Origin: Podarcis pityusensis
Lineage: Eukaryota
Length of the DNA stretch: 64,000 nucleotides
Direction: 5' to 3' (one strand)
NCBI GenBank assembly: GCA_964106645.2
Contig: OZ067042.1
The notes under the pieces are model-generated. The model made no database searches. It saw only the letters and a program-made list of their open reading frames with translations, and had not been told where the DNA came from. A program made the position numbers and the translations under genes. Positions 25,330 to 39,457 of this stretch are shown here, piece after piece. The first letter of the stretch is position 1, and each line of letters begins with the position of its first letter.

Positions 25330-26478
25330 GTAAGTACTTTAGGTGGTAATTGAACAGTTACATTTGTAAATTAGTTAATGAAGTTGGTCTAGTTATGTAG
25401 ATTGACAACAAAGTTAAGTTCTTAAACATTTAAATGGATCTCTTATTACAGAACAATAATGTGTGTGTACATATATGTATACACATACATACATGTATGT
25501 ACATGCACACATGTTCAGAATAAAATTTCATCAAAAGCATGTTAACATCTCCATTCTTCCTCAGTTCAGTACTGTTTATAAGACATGCAGCTATGCCACC
25601 ATGACTTAAACTACTTGTTCTTTTGGTTTTTGAAAGTGGTGGAATTACACCATCTACCAATAAATATTAAATAGCTCCTCCAAATAATTTTTAAGGGCAG
25701 CTGTTAAAGCTCCTGTGTTTTGGCATCAATAAGTATAATCAAAGGGAGGAATGTTGGTGTGTGTTGGGGGTATAGCTCCTCACTTGTGAAAGAGCATTTT
25801 ATTTGGACTGTTCCTTGTGTGGCCTCTAGATGCTTTTCTCCAGTTTATTTTCCAGTATACCTTCAGATATGAAAGTTTCCCTCTTTCTTTCTCTCTCTGC
25901 TGCCCCCCTTCTTTTTATACCATGGATGGGGAACCAATGGCCCACAGGCCTAATTTCCCATGAGGCCATTTCCCATAAACCACGCCCACCTCTTCAACCC
26001 TTGATGTCCAATGGGAAGGAGGTAAAGGCATGACCTTCACTTTGAAGTCCATTTCTAAATGTTTTCAGTAGAAGACAAGGATCTTTGCCAAATGGGTTAA
26101 AAAGGTTCCTCATCTCTTGCTTATCCCTTCCATTTAACTTCACTGTCACCTATTCCTCATAGAAAGTATACACAGCTCAGGCCACTGCCTCTGAATACCA
26201 GTTGTTGGAGACTACAGGAGGGGAGAATGATCTTGTGTTCAGATCCTACTAGCAGGTTCCCTCAGACATCTACTGAGAGAACAGGATGCCAGGCTAGATA
26301 GGCCATTGGCCTGATCCAATAGGCGTATTTTACATTTTTTGCTTATTTTGTCCGAATAAGTTTAGGGTAATCAATATTCAGAGGGGAGCAAGCAATGACT
26401 GGTGAGGCAGTTCACAATGCGGTATCTGGTGGCAACTGCATGGCAATAGAGAGGGAGAAGAATTCTCTTAACTTTATA

Positions 26479-26720
26479 CAGTGGTACCTCGGGTTACATA
26501 TGCTTCAGGTCACATACGCTTCAGGTTACAGACTCCGCTAACCCAGAAATATTACCTCGGGTTAAGAACTTTGCTTCAGGATGAGAACAGAAATCATGCT
26601 CTGGCGGCGCGGCAGCAGCAGGAGGCCCCATTAGCTAAAGTGGTGCTTCAGGTTAAGAACAGTTTAAGGTTAAGAACAGACCTCCGGAACAAATTAAGTA
26701 CTTAACCCGAGGTACCACTG
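26479..26720. mobile_element. Tc1/mariner MITE, family A
   Basis: Perfect CAGTGGTACCTCGGGTTA TIRs, TA TSD. Confidence 0.88.
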
Positions 26721-28029
26721 TAATTGCTGAGAAGTAGAGAAATGGGTTGCTGCAGCTGCACCATTCAAGTGTATGGCTGGATACTCACACCTGATGACTT
26801 CAGGCACCTGCACCCAATATGGGGCAGTTTATCCACCCGGCAACAGTATGCTTACATAGGGTTGACCGCAGCTTGTCCAACACCATTCCCTGTGTTCTGT
26901 GGAATTGATGTTTGTGTGCTGCCACACCTAAAAAAAGGTTGGTCCAATGAAAGACCTTGCTTAGGTTACATCCCAATTTATTCATCAGCAAATAATGAAT
27001 TATGGAGAACTGTTGCTATTCATTTTTACAAATGCAAACAATTCTATATATACACTGAGGCTTGCAACTCAAATAGAGTCACAAAACTGAAAACAAACAG
27101 TTTTATAAATTTATGCCTGGCACAATTTCACATATTTTTTACTGGCTAACTAGTATGGATTTAGTGGTTCAGGGAAGGTACTGAAATAGTTTTACACCCC
27201 CCCCAAAAAAAACCCCTAGATTTTAGAGCTTATCCAATGAAACTGAATTTTCACAAGCAATGGGAAATCACTTTTTAATTACTCTGATTGATGTGTAAAA
27301 AGATAAGACCTCTCTAGGAATAATAAATCCCAGTTAGGGAATATTTAATATGTAGTGTCACTCTATAGTATAGAAGGTAATGCCATGGGCAAAAGATCAC
27401 AATCATATATTCTACATTAATTAAGAAAAACTGGCTACACCCTTCCGTTTCCACTCACCTTCTTTTAAGAATAAGAAAATCCAATACATTAACAGCTTAA
27501 TGTTATGCATGTCTACTCAGATTTACTCCCACTGTGTTCAGTGGGGCATACACTCAGGTTGAGCTGTTACAGGATTGTAGCTTAAGGAGTTAACACATCT
27601 GTAAAATAGCAGGAGTGACCTAAAATAGTAGCTGATCTTGGGCTTGTTTATTCTGCTGCTAAATTTCCAGTGTTATTTTTTATGGTGACGGTTCCTGCTG
27701 ATTATCATAATATTTTTAGTAAGTGCTAACATCCAAGTTCAAAGTGGAACTTATTTGAGGCGAAATAATATTTAAAGAGGAACTCTGTAAAGGTGGACTG
27801 ACTTTCTGAAATGATTGTTGCTCTTCTTATTTTTTCGCCATCATTATAAAAATGAGTAACTATATTAAATCACTTGTCAGAGATCTAGTTGTGTTATAGG
27901 CGCGTTGCAGCTAAAACAAAGTATTTTAAAATGTTATTTCCTCTAGCACCTTCTTTTTTCAGGTATGCTATTTTCCTGTCACTGGGCTGTGTGCTCTTCT
28001 GATTCTTTTTTTGCTTGCTAAACAAAATA

Positions 28030-28183
28030 CCATATTTTTCTGTGTATAAGACTAGGTGTTTTTTTTAACCAAAAAGTTAGGTTTGAAATTGGGGCTCGTC
28101 TTATACATGGGTAGTGCTGAGGGGTGTTTTCTTAATTTGGGATCCCCCAAAATAGGGGGTGTCTTATACACGGAAAAATACGG
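28030..28183. mobile_element. Tc2/pogo-like MITE
   Basis: TIRs CCATATTTTTCTGTGTATAAGAC / GTCTTATACACGGAAAAATACGG, TA TSD. Confidence 0.8.
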
Positions 28184-28538
28184 TATATCTTCCTCTCCTC
28201 TGGGTCTCTTTCTCTTACTATTCCTGATTTCTGGTGTCCCTGGTGGAAACAAGCATGTGTATTGGGAGGGGAGGCATTCCTGCCTGGGGCTCCACCACCA
28301 ATCTGTGCGCATCTGTTTCAGTGTCCGAAGCAAGTCTATGCAACTAGCCTTACTTTGGACCTTGAAACAAATGTCTGTAGGTCAAGGATGCCCTTCTGTG
28401 GAGGTATGGTGAAGGCACCTGCTACACCTCTATGGAGAATTTATACCACAGGCTAGTACTGGACTGCTTTGTTGCATGTTTAATTTTTACACTCTATTAC
28501 CAATTTCTCATTTATTAATTATTTCATTACTTTTTCAG

Positions 28539-28660
28539 GAAGTTCACCATGAAAGACATATCAAGACGTTTTGGGAAAAAGCCAAGCACATGTTCAAAAC
28601 GATACAAATTGTGGGGCCTGAAGAATTTCTGAGTCAAGCTGATGCCAGGAACATGGGAAT
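28539..28660 (+). CDS. PLOD2: PLOD2 exon 10 (122 nt; EVHHERH...VGPEE...ARNMGM)
   Basis: CAG acceptor, GTAATT donor. Confidence 0.95.
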
Positions 28661-29067
28661 GTAATTTTATTTTTAACGATTTATCTCCTCAGATCTATAT
28701 ATGGACAGGAATGAAATGTGTAGATTTAGACGGGAAGATGTCTAATTAAAATGAACACACAACCAAATCATTGATGCAGTGGCCCCAACAATGTATTGTG
28801 TTTATGAGCAATTCCTGCTGCTTTCTTGTAGGGCTGTTGCTTGTTGGCAAAGATTTAATGATCCATCATTGAGACTTCCAACATATGTTTTTAGAGTGCT
28901 GAGACTAATAGTTCATGTTGAAACTCAGCAGATGTTGTAGATTATTCATCGGCTTCTCTGTTAAGATCATTATTTTATTTTTAGGTGTTTTTTTTTTTTT
29001 TAAGAAGGTTGGCTAACTTCTTTTAAAATTCAACATCTAGCATTTACATTCAAGTAATGCAAAATAG

Positions 29068-32000
29068 CCCCTTCATGGATCACTGCCTTGCCGTGGCGAA
29101 GGGGCTTGAAGAACTCAGAGAAGCTATGAACTATGCCGAGCAGGGCACCCAAGATGAACGGGTCATAGTGGAGAGTTTTGACCAAACGTGATCCACCTGG
29201 AGTAGGAACCGGCAAGCCACTCCAGTATCCCTGCCAAGAAAACTCCATGGACAAAGACAACAGGCATATAAAAGTTATGACGCTGGAAGATGAGCCCCTC
29301 AGGTCGGAAGGTGTCCAACATGCTACTGGGTAAGAGCGGAGGACAAGTACAAGTAGATCCAGAGCTGATGAAGCGGCTGGGCCAAAGCCAAAAGGACGCT
29401 CAGTTGTGGATATGCATGGAAGCGAAAGGAAAGTCCAATGCTGTAAAGAAAAATATTGCATAGGAACCTGGAATGTAAGAACCATGAACCTGGGTAAGTT
29501 GGATGTGGTCAAAAATGAGATGGCAAGAATAAATATTGACATCCTGGGCATCAGTGAGCTAAAATGGACGGGAATGGGCGAATTCAGTTCGGATGACTAT
29601 CATATCTACTACTGTGGGCAAGAAATCCGTAAAAGAAATGGAGTGGCCCTCATAGTCAACAAAAGAGTGGCGAAAGCTGTACTGGGATGCAGTCTCAAAA
29701 ATGATAGAATGATCTCGATACGAATCCAAGGCAGACCTTTTAACATCACAGTAATCCAAGTTTATGCACCAACTACTGGTGCTGAAGAAACTGAAATTGA
29801 CCAATTCTATGAAGACTTACAAGACCTTATAGAAGTGACACCAAAGAAGGATGTTCTTCTCATTATAGGGGATTGGAATGCTAAAGTAGGGAATCAAGAG
29901 ATAAAAGGAACAACTGGCAAGTTTGGCCTTGGAGATCAAAATGAAGCAGGGCAAAGGCTAATAGAGTTCTGTCAAGAGAACAAGCTGGTCATCACAAACA
30001 CGCTTTTCCAACAACACAAGAGACGACTCTACACATGGACATCACCAGATGGGCAACATCGAAATCAGATTGATTATATTCTCTGCAGCCAAAGATGGAG
30101 AAGCTCTATACAGTCAGCAAAAACAAGACCTGGAGCTGACTGTGGCTCAGATCATCAGCTTCTTATAGCAAAATTCAAGCTTAAACTGAAGAAAGTAGGA
30201 AAAACCACTGGGCCGGTAAGATACAATCTAAATCAAATCCCTTATGAATACACAGTGGAAGTGAGGAACAGGTTTAAGGATTTAGATTTGCTGGACAGAG
30301 TGCCTGAAGAACTATGGGTGGAGGCTCGCAACATTATACAGGAGGCAGCAACTAAAACCATCCCAATGGAAAAGAAATGCAAGAAAGCAAAGTGGCTGTC
30401 CAACGAGGCCTTACAAATAGCGGGGGAGAGAAGGCAAGCAAAATGCAAGGGAGATAGTGAAAGATACAGGAAATTGAATGCAGATTTCCAAAGAATAGCA
30501 AGGAGAGACAAGAAGGCCTTCTTAAACGAGCAATGCAAAGAAATAGAGGAAAACAACAGAATGGGAAGAACCAGAGATCTGTTCAAGAAAATCGGAAATA
30601 TGAAAGGAACATTTCGTACAAAGATTACCATAATAAAGGACAAAAGTGGTAAAGACCTAACTGAAGCAGAAGACATCAAGAAGAGGTGGCAAGAATACAC
30701 AGAGGAATTATACCAGAAAGATATGGATGTCTCGTACACCCCAGGTAGTGGGGTTGCTGACCTTGAGCCAGACATCCTGGAGAGTGAAGTCAAATGGGCC
30801 TTAGAAAGCACTGCAAATAACAAGGCCAGTGGAAGTGATGGTATTCCAGCTGAACTATTTAAAATTGTAAAAGATGATGCTGTTAAGGTGTTACACTCAA
30901 TATGCCAGCAAGTTTGGAAAACTCAGCAGTGGCCAGAGGATTGGAGAAGATCAGTCTACATCCCAATCCCAAAGAAAGGCAGTGCCAAAGAATGCTCAAA
31001 CTACCGCACAATTTCACTCATTTCACATGCTAGCAAGGTTATGCTTAAAATTCTACAAGGAAGGCTCAAGCAGTATGTGGACCGAGAACTCCCAGAAGTG
31101 CAAGCTGGATTTAGAAGAGGCAGAGGAACCAGAGACCAAATTGCAAACATGCACTGGATTATGGAGAAAGCTAGAGAGTTCCAGAAAGACATCTACTTCT
31201 GCTTCATTGACTATGCAAAAGCCTTTGACTGTGTCGACCACAGCAAACTATGCCAAGTTCTTAAAGAAATGGGAGTGCCTGATCACCTCATCTGTCTCCT
31301 GAGAAATCTCTATGTGGGACAAGAAGCTACAGTTAGAACTGGATATGGAACAACTGATTGGTTCAAAATTGGGAAAGGAGTACGGCAAGGCTGTATATTG
31401 TCTCCCTGCTTATTTAACTTATATGCAGAATTCATCATGCGAAAGGCTGGGCTGGATGAATCCCAAGCCGGAATTAAGATTGCTGGAAGAAATATCAACA
31501 ACCTCAGATATGCAGATGACACAACCTTGATGGCAGAAAGTGAAGAGGAATTAAAGAAACTTTTAATGAGGGTGAAAGAGGAGAGCGCAAAATATGGTCT
31601 GAAGCTCAACATCAAAAAAATGAAGATCATGGCCACTGGGCCCATCACCTCCTGGCAAATAGAAGGGGAAGAAATGGAGGCAGTGAGAGATTTTACTTTC
31701 TTGGGCTCCATGATCACTGCAGATGGTGACAGCAGTCACGAAATTAAAAGACGCCTGCTCCTTGGGAGAAAGGCGATGGCAAACCTAGACAACATCTTAA
31801 AAAGCAGAGACATCACCTTGCCAACAAAGGTCCGTATGGTAAAGGCCATGGTTTTCCCAGTAGTGATGTATGGAAGTGAGAGCTGGACCATAAAGAAGGC
31901 TGATCGCTGAAGAATTGATGCTTTTGAATTCTGGTGCTGGAGGAGACTCTTGAGAGTCCCATGGACTGCAAGAAGATCAAACCTCTCCATTCTGAAGGAA

Positions 32001-32283
32001 ATCAGCCCTGAGTGCTCACTGGAAGGACAGATCCTGAAGCTGAGGCTCCAATACTTTGGCCACCTCATGAGAAGAGAAGACTCCCTGGAAAAGACCCTGA
32101 TGTTGGGAAAGATGGAGGGCACAAGGAGAAGGGGACGACAGAGAATGAGATGGTTGGATGGTGTTCTTGAAGCTACCAGCATGAGTTTGATCAAACTGCA
32201 GGAGGCAGTGGAGGACAGAAGTGCCTGGCGTGCTCTGGTCCATGGGGTCACGAAGAGTCGGACACGACTAAACGACTAAACAA
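29068..32283 (+). mobile_element. Full-length BovB (RTE clade) LINE in PLOD2 intron 10
   Basis: About 3.2 kb; 12-bp TSD AATGCAAAATAG (29056-29067 / 32284-32295); APE endonuclease (GTWNVR, GDWNA, QIDY, SDH) plus RT (YADD); BovB 3' end GAGTCGGACACGACT. Confidence 0.95.
29247..32279 (+). pseudogene. BovB endonuclease/reverse transcriptase ORF with two in-frame stops
   Basis: ORFs 29406..31910 and 31950..32279 share a frame; TAA at 29331 and TGA at 31908; no frameshift between 29247 and 32279. Confidence 0.85.
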
Positions 32284-32469
32284 AATGCAAAATAGTAATA
32301 GTAATAAAGCAATTGTAAAAGACATTTTAAAAAGCAGAAAGACTAGCAATAAAAATAGGGAAACAGCAGGTATAAAATAAATCATCTATTAGGAGTTCAG
32401 GATGATAAAACTGTCTTGATCTGGCACCAAGAAGCTAACAACATAGGCATCAGCTGTGCGCCTCTAGGG

Positions 32470-32605
32470 CAGGCATCCCCAAACTCGGCCCTCCAGCTGT
32501 TTTGGGACTACAATTCCCATCATCCCTGACCACTGGTCCTGTTAGCTAGGGATGATGGGAGTTGTAGTCCCAAAGCAGCTGGAGGGCTGAGTTTGGGGTT
32601 GCCTG
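32470..32605. mobile_element. 136-bp palindromic hAT MITE
   Basis: Perfect 8-bp TSD CTCTAGGG. Confidence 0.88.
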
Positions 32606-34174
32606 CTCTAGGGAAACTGGTCCAGAACTGGTCCGCACCACCAACCCCCCTCCCCAAACTACTCTCTCCAATCTCTACCCATCTCTAACAGTGTTATGTG
32701 GGCTGCCCTGATCAGATAAGTAAGGCACCTGTTATCATGCTTGTGAGCTGTCGTTTTCTTCTTTCCAAGCATTCACTGCCCTGCACACCTTGATCCTGTG
32801 AATTCTTGCTGCCTCTCCCAAGGCCCAGACACTTGCCTCTGGGATGTGAGAAGCTAGTTGCAATTCTAACAGGTGAACACTGCCAGGTCTCAACAGAGTG
32901 TCTTTTTGCTGTGGAGTGGGGCTGCGTCCTGGAAAAAAATTCTATGTGGCTTTCACTCTCAAACAACCTTTCCACTGAACAGAATAGCTCCCTCATCATT
33001 GTATGACCTGCAACATATGTTTGGGATGATAACATACAGCTGGTTCGTCTTTCATTGAAAGGTTGCACCACGGGGGGGGGGGGGGAGATCCAGCTGTTAT
33101 AAATTATGAAAGTTCTGGGAACGAGAATGTTCATAGCCTTCAAAATGATCTATGTTCCATAGCTTTTATAATCAGATCCCGGTATCACATCTCTTTGTCT
33201 CTCGCGCACATACATGTGCACTGGATTGGCCATTTACTTTAACAGTGCAGCACAGCCATTTAATATCACATTTTATTTTCCAACAGAATTCCCTGGTATT
33301 AAACCAGCCAACTATTTACGTCAGTATTTTGTTAACATCCACACCTTAACTGCAATAGGGTCATCTATTGGGGCTCAAGCCCATGACTCTGGGATTAAGA
33401 GTCTCATGCTCTCCCAACTGAGCTATTGAGTGAGGCTCCAGTCCAATAGTAAAACAGTAAACTAGGGTTATGTTTACCACTTACCTACCTGTCTGTCACA
33501 TGGGGGATAATATTGTGATCAGAAATTAGAGTTGTACATAGAGGACAATGGTTGTATTAATATGTAATTTATATTTGCGTTCAGGAATAGGTATGGTAAA
33601 TAGGTATCCGTAAATTGCTATTGTATTGTCAGATTTAATTTTCAACAAATAGGTGTACAGTTGTATTAATTGATGGCATTGTTATTAAGAATGATTTTTT
33701 TCATTTACTAGGAAGGGACAAGTTAATGACAGTGAATGTGAATTTAGAAAATATCTGGGGTTTTGAAAATATTGGGAATACAGCTCTCCAAATCTGGGAG
33801 AAATAGAAGAATTTCACTATGCAAATCTTCCAGAAGATGGACAAATTTCCCCAAATTGGTAGTAACATCACCTTCAAAAATCCAAGACATCTGTGCAAAG
33901 AGTGAGACTGATATTTTGAAAAACTTCCTTCTGGTGGATAGATAAATCAAGTGAAACCCAGATTGTATTATTAGCCATAAAACCTATTACTTTCAACTAC
34001 TAACAGTTGCTTTAAGTAGACTTGTTTCAGGATTTGAGTTGCCAATTCAGGTAGCTATTAAGCAAAGGAACTTCTTAAATGCACACTGCAGCTGTATGCT
34101 TAAAACTATTATCATCTCTTTGGAATGGAACATGTTTGCAATGCTAATGCCTTGTGTGTCTCTTCCTTTTCAAG

Positions 34175-34279
34175 GGACATCTGTCGGCAGAATGAAGGAT
34201 GCAACTATTATTTCAGCATAGATGCAGATGTTGTTTTAACGAACCCCAGGACTTTAAAACTCTTGATAGAACAGAATCG
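34175..34279 (+). CDS. PLOD2: PLOD2 exon 11 (105 nt; DICRQ...[14 protein letters not shown]...EQNR)
   Basis: AAG acceptor, GTACGC donor. Confidence 0.93.
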
Positions 34280-34634
34280 GTACGCTTATGGCAGGAGGGG
34301 TTGGGGAACTTATCAATTCTAGGTTCTTTTATTGGTTTCAGTGACTATTACAGGTTTGTTTAGTAATTCATTGAAATAGATTTCTCATGAAAGAAGATAT
34401 ACCGGGTGGCATCCAGTGGTGTTTATCTGCCGGTAGAGTAGATTTCCATTTGCGCAGCGGTGTTTCCCGTTCCTATCTCTGTACCTAAAAACTGTGGAGA
34501 GCTGCAGTGGGGGAGGAGAGGAAAATTACTTCTGCATCACTGGATATCGCCCATTATGTCTGGGCAGAGGAGAATATTAATGCACTTCTTTATGTGCAGA
34601 CTTGCCTTCCATTATGACTTAGAGGGCTCTTTTA

Positions 34635-34673
<39 letters not shown>

Positions 34674-35676
34674 TTATTGGATTTTTACAGTTTTATATTC
34701 AATCAAACAACACAATATAACATTTGTCATATAAAAGAAAAAGAAATCCCCCCTTCCCCATGACTTCCCTCAACTTCCCCTTCTGGTTCTTTAAATATTT
34801 ACTACTTCTGAGTATTTATTAACTTATTTTTATAATCTTACACCTTAATACTTGTATTTTCTTATCAGTTTTATACCAAATTTTCTTTCATGATTACATC
34901 TTACAGTCAATTTCATTCCATGTTGTCCTTACTTAACCGTTGATCTTATTTTCTTACTTGTGAGTGTTTAATGAAACCCTGCTAGTGAGTCCATATCTTT
35001 ACAGTATTTCTGTAAATACATAATAAAAGGTTCCCAGTCTTTTTTTAAAAATTCTGATTTAGGGGGCTCTTCTTAATCATGTGAATGCTCTGTCATTGGT
35101 GGATATGTGCTGCCGGGATGGAGACCCTCTCCCCCATGCTTCTCTGCACATATTGCAGTAAAGGCACTTCCTTCAGCATGTTTGCTTTTTGATCACGTCA
35201 ACTTTCTTGACTTTGACGACAATGTGTCTACAAGAGAGACTCAGTTTCACTATGTGTCAGTTAAGGCTTTAAAGAGCTATTTTATCATTCACACCATTAA
35301 TCCATTTTATCCTGATTGGCAGCCCCTTTCCTAGACATCAGGCAGAGATCTTTCATCGCTATTCTAGCAGAAGCCTTTCAGTGGGAATGTGAATGATGGA
35401 ATATAAGACTTTATGCATGCATGCATGCATAACATATACTCTTCGCTGAGCTATGGCCCTTGAAAATTCACGTTGCAGTTGTTGCTTTACAAATTCAGAA
35501 TTCAGAAAGACTCGGTTTTTCTCACTATCCCAGAGGCAGTGACTGGAAGCAAAGAGGCCTATTTAGAATAAGTGACAGCTATTAACATCCGTCTCTTCCC
35601 CAGTTATAGAGTTCCTCCTTGTGATTGCCTCACATTTCAGTCTTTTTGTTAACTTTCAATGCAATCATGTTTTTAA

Positions 35677-35808
<132 letters not shown>

Positions 35809-36152
35809 TAAGTTAACTGTTTGCTCTTTTGCATAGGTGCCGACTATGTGGGGTCCTGGGTGCCCAGGCACCCACAAATTTTAAATGAAAGGGCTGCTAC
35901 CCCCCCTCCGATTCAACTTGGTGGCATGCGCACACTCTGGAACATGTTGATGTCACATTGACACACCCCTGTGATGTGCAGGAGTGACATTGGCACACCG
36001 CGAGTCTGCCAGAGTTGCACATGAGCACACCCCAGGCACATGCAATTCCACATACAGACATCCAACAGCTATCCCAATAGTAGTTGTTGAAAAACCACTT
36101 TGTTCATACTTTTTTTGATTTGGCACATATGTAAGTATTGATCATGTCTATA

Positions 36153-36380
36153 CAGTGGTACCTCTGGTTATGAACCTAATTTGTTCCGGAGGTCCGTTCT
36201 CAACCTGAAACCATTCTTAACCTGAGGTACTTTAGCTAATGGGGCCTCCTGCTGCTGCCACATGATTTCTGTTCTCATCCTGAGGTAAAGTTCTTAACCC
36301 GAGGTACTACTTCCGGGTTAGTGGAGTCTATAACCTGGAGTGTTTGTAACCCGAGGTGTTTGTAACCTGAGGTACCACTG
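36153..36380. mobile_element. Tc1/mariner MITE, family A, opposite orientation
   Basis: TIRs, TA TSD, body is the reverse complement of the other copies. Confidence 0.85.
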
Positions 36381-37636
36381 TATTCCAGCTTTGCTCCAAG
36401 GAGCTGCTTCGTGGCTGAGCAGAGAACTCACTGGGTAACCTTTGGCCAGTCATAGTCCACCAAACCTACCTCATATGGTGGTTGTGAGGATGAAATGGGG
36501 AGGAAGAGAACCATGTATGCCACCTTGAGTTTTTTGGAGGAATGGTGGGGTATAAAACATACATAACATGCCACATCAACGTATGTGTTAAATAAGTTGG
36601 TTCTGGGAGACAGACGGACACAATTGTGGTGGCTGTATTGACTATTGCTTCAGTGAGCATTTCTTAAAGTGAAGTATTTCTAAGACACAGTCAGCTGTGA
36701 GTGGTTTTCAGCCCCTTTTCGGCTAACTAATCCCTGTAACATGTTGGATACCCTGTGGATATCCTCAAAACCCGTCTCCATGCATGCCCCACAATAAAAG
36801 TAAAAAAATAAAAACCAAAGAAGAATCCGGTAAGAAGGACTTTATTTAATGCTTGTAAAGTTCTTCATAACCCTGGGTTGCAAAAAAGGGGGGGGGGGCT
36901 CTCGAGAGTGTGACCCACTTACTTTGAACTGCTTGCATTGACTGTGTATTAAATTCCTTCAGCATACCCCAAACAATTTACTTTCCCCATACTTCCCACA
37001 TATTTCAGTTCCGGCTTTTTCCTCAGCCAGAAACCATAAAAGAAGGAATTAACTGATATTGTTATAAGCTGGCTATTATTGGGGGAATATTGGAAAACTA
37101 ATAAAAAATTATTTGGAAAAAACAACAACCATAAAAGAAGTGACATATAAAGACGTTAGTTATTGGAAAGGCTGCTTTTAATTCTGTTTCCTTGTAATTG
37201 CCATATATTTTAATTTATAAGCTGATTTTGAAGACTATGTGCTCTGTCAATAGCTTTAATTGAATAAAAAATGGAAGGGAGATTTAAAAGTGAATGTTCT
37301 CAATTCAGCTATTTTCTGATTTTATTCTTGTATATGGGTCTGTGAGCGAGAAACCTGACCTGAAAAACAAGCAAAAAATGATTGATTTTGCTTGTTTATT
37401 GTTTGTCCAGCTTTAGAAACCCGCCACAGGGTCAAGTAGCGTTCTGGGACATGTGCTTCTACAGCTGGGTGTTAAATATAATTTTAGAATGGTTCAGTTT
37501 GTGCCTTTCTTCATGTGGTTGCATTACCAAATATTCCACAGTAACTTATTGGTCTCCTTAGTCTTGTTTACAAATGAATAATGTTCTCTCAGTTCTGTAT
37601 AGTGGAGCTTTGTTGAGCTTCTCCGCAACAAGAGTA

Positions 37637-37999
37637 AAGGTAAAGGTACCCCTGCCTGTACGGGCCAGTCTTGACAGACTCTAGGGTTGTGCGCTCATCT
37701 CACTCTAGAGGCCGGGAGCCAGCGCTGTCCGCAGACACTTCCGGGTCACGTAGCCAGCGTGACGAAGCTGCTCCGGCGAACCGGCACCAGAGCAGCACAC
37801 GGAACGCCGTTTACCTTCCCGCTATAAAGCGGTACCTATTTATCTACTTGCACTTAAGGGTGCTTTCCAACTGCTAGGTGGGCAGGAGCTGGGACCAAAA
37901 GACAGGAGCTCACCCCGCCGCGGGGATTCGAACCGCCGACCATGCGATCGGCAAGTCCTAGGCGCTGAGGTTTTACCCACAGCGCCACCCGCATCCCTA
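37637..37999 (-). mobile_element. Sauria SINE (distinct subfamily)
   Basis: 12-bp TSD GCAACAAGAGTA (37625-37636 / 38000-38011). Confidence 0.9.
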
Positions 38000-38172
38000 G
38001 CAACAAGAGTACAAATGATTAAAAAAAGGAATTATGCTCCATAGTATTTTCATCCTGTTTCATGAGTGGAAAATTCTCACCATAGGAAACAAATGATGAA
38101 AAAATGATGAAACTTGAATGAAATTCATCCAAGTGTATATTACACCCAACTCATTTTACCATTTTCCCCCAG

Positions 38173-38314
38173 GGGTGTATGGAACATCCCTTATGTGGCT
38201 AACATATATTTGATCAAAGGACAAACCCTCAGATCTGAGATGAAAGAGAGAAATTATTTTGCAAGGGACAGATTGGATCCTGATATGGCCCTCTGCAGGA
38301 ATGCCAGGGAAATG
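38173..38314 (+). CDS. PLOD2: PLOD2 exon 13 (142 nt; GVWNIPY...[14 protein letters not shown])
   Basis: CAG acceptor, GTGAGT donor. Confidence 0.96.
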
Positions 38315-39457
38315 GTGAGTTGCATGAGCTTTGAAAATGTCTCGCTACACTTTGGTTGTTCTTTCTTTCCAATTTAAAGTACTAGCCAATTTTTTTGTGA
38401 GTTACAATCACTTTTCTGACTCTTTGTTACCTCCTCACAATGGCAGCAGTTAAACCAATTCACATCACAACTTTTTGGCTTTGTGTATAGTTAACACTCA
38501 TAAATATTGTGTGCTGCCTGTTTCTGAATGCAAAATTACTTGTGAACTTAATCAATACCTATTTCAAATGGTAATTGTAGCTCAGCACTGATTTTCTATT
38601 TTTTCTAAATTTTGTTCTTGAGTTAATAAACCATCGCAAATGCTTTATATTGTATGAAGGATACAATAGAACTGATGTCACATTATTAGAATTGTCTTTT
38701 TCAAGGGCAGGAATGATTGATCTTGTTATTTCAAGGCAGATTAAATTTTGCTAAACAGGACCAATGCTCCTTGTCGTTATTAGTGTTTAATGGATGCTAG
38801 CATTATGAGAACATATATGAATATCATTGCAATACAAATGTAAATCTGTATCTGTACTGATATCTACACTAGTTCCAGAGCAGAATCAAATGACAGCTAT
38901 TTCCAGGCAATGTAGCATTGAAAAATAATTTTGCTGAATTGAACAAGAAAAGTTGGCAAGTATTGAAGTTTATTCCCTCCTTTAACAAGGCATGATTTTC
39001 TTTTGTTTGTACTCGTTCTGCAGAATAGTCCAATCAACATTCTCTTGTTCTCAACCTTTCCTGCATCAGTTATTGCAATCTGTGCTTACCATGTGCTCAC
39101 GTCCAACTAATCTGACTTGGTGGCTCATCAGAAAAAGTCTTCTTTTTCTCATTCTTATGCTGTGAAGCAGCCTGGTACGAGCTTGTCTCTGTGTGTATGT
39201 TTTTAAAAATACATATACATATATATGTATATATTTGTTGCAGCAGATAAGAGGCTGAGAGTTCAAGCTTTTAACCCGTACGTTTTAAGCTTTGCTTAGA
39301 GCTGCATGGTGTCCGTAAATGGTATTTCAGAATACCAGCTTTTGATTAAAGGATCTTGTTTATCTAACATGGCAGCAGAAAGTGAATGCAGCTCTAACAG
39401 TGCGAAAGAGAGCAATGAAAGGTCAACTGATGTGGTCCTTCTCCTCCTTCGTTTTAG

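Noticed and set aside
30242-30823. 193-aa minus-strand ORF (also 29030-29551 and 31736-32251)
   Set aside because: Antisense shadows of the BovB ORF
33365-33426. tRNA-Lys(CTT)-like sequence on the minus strand
   Set aside because: Broken acceptor stem and B box; a SINE head or decayed copy, not a tRNA gene
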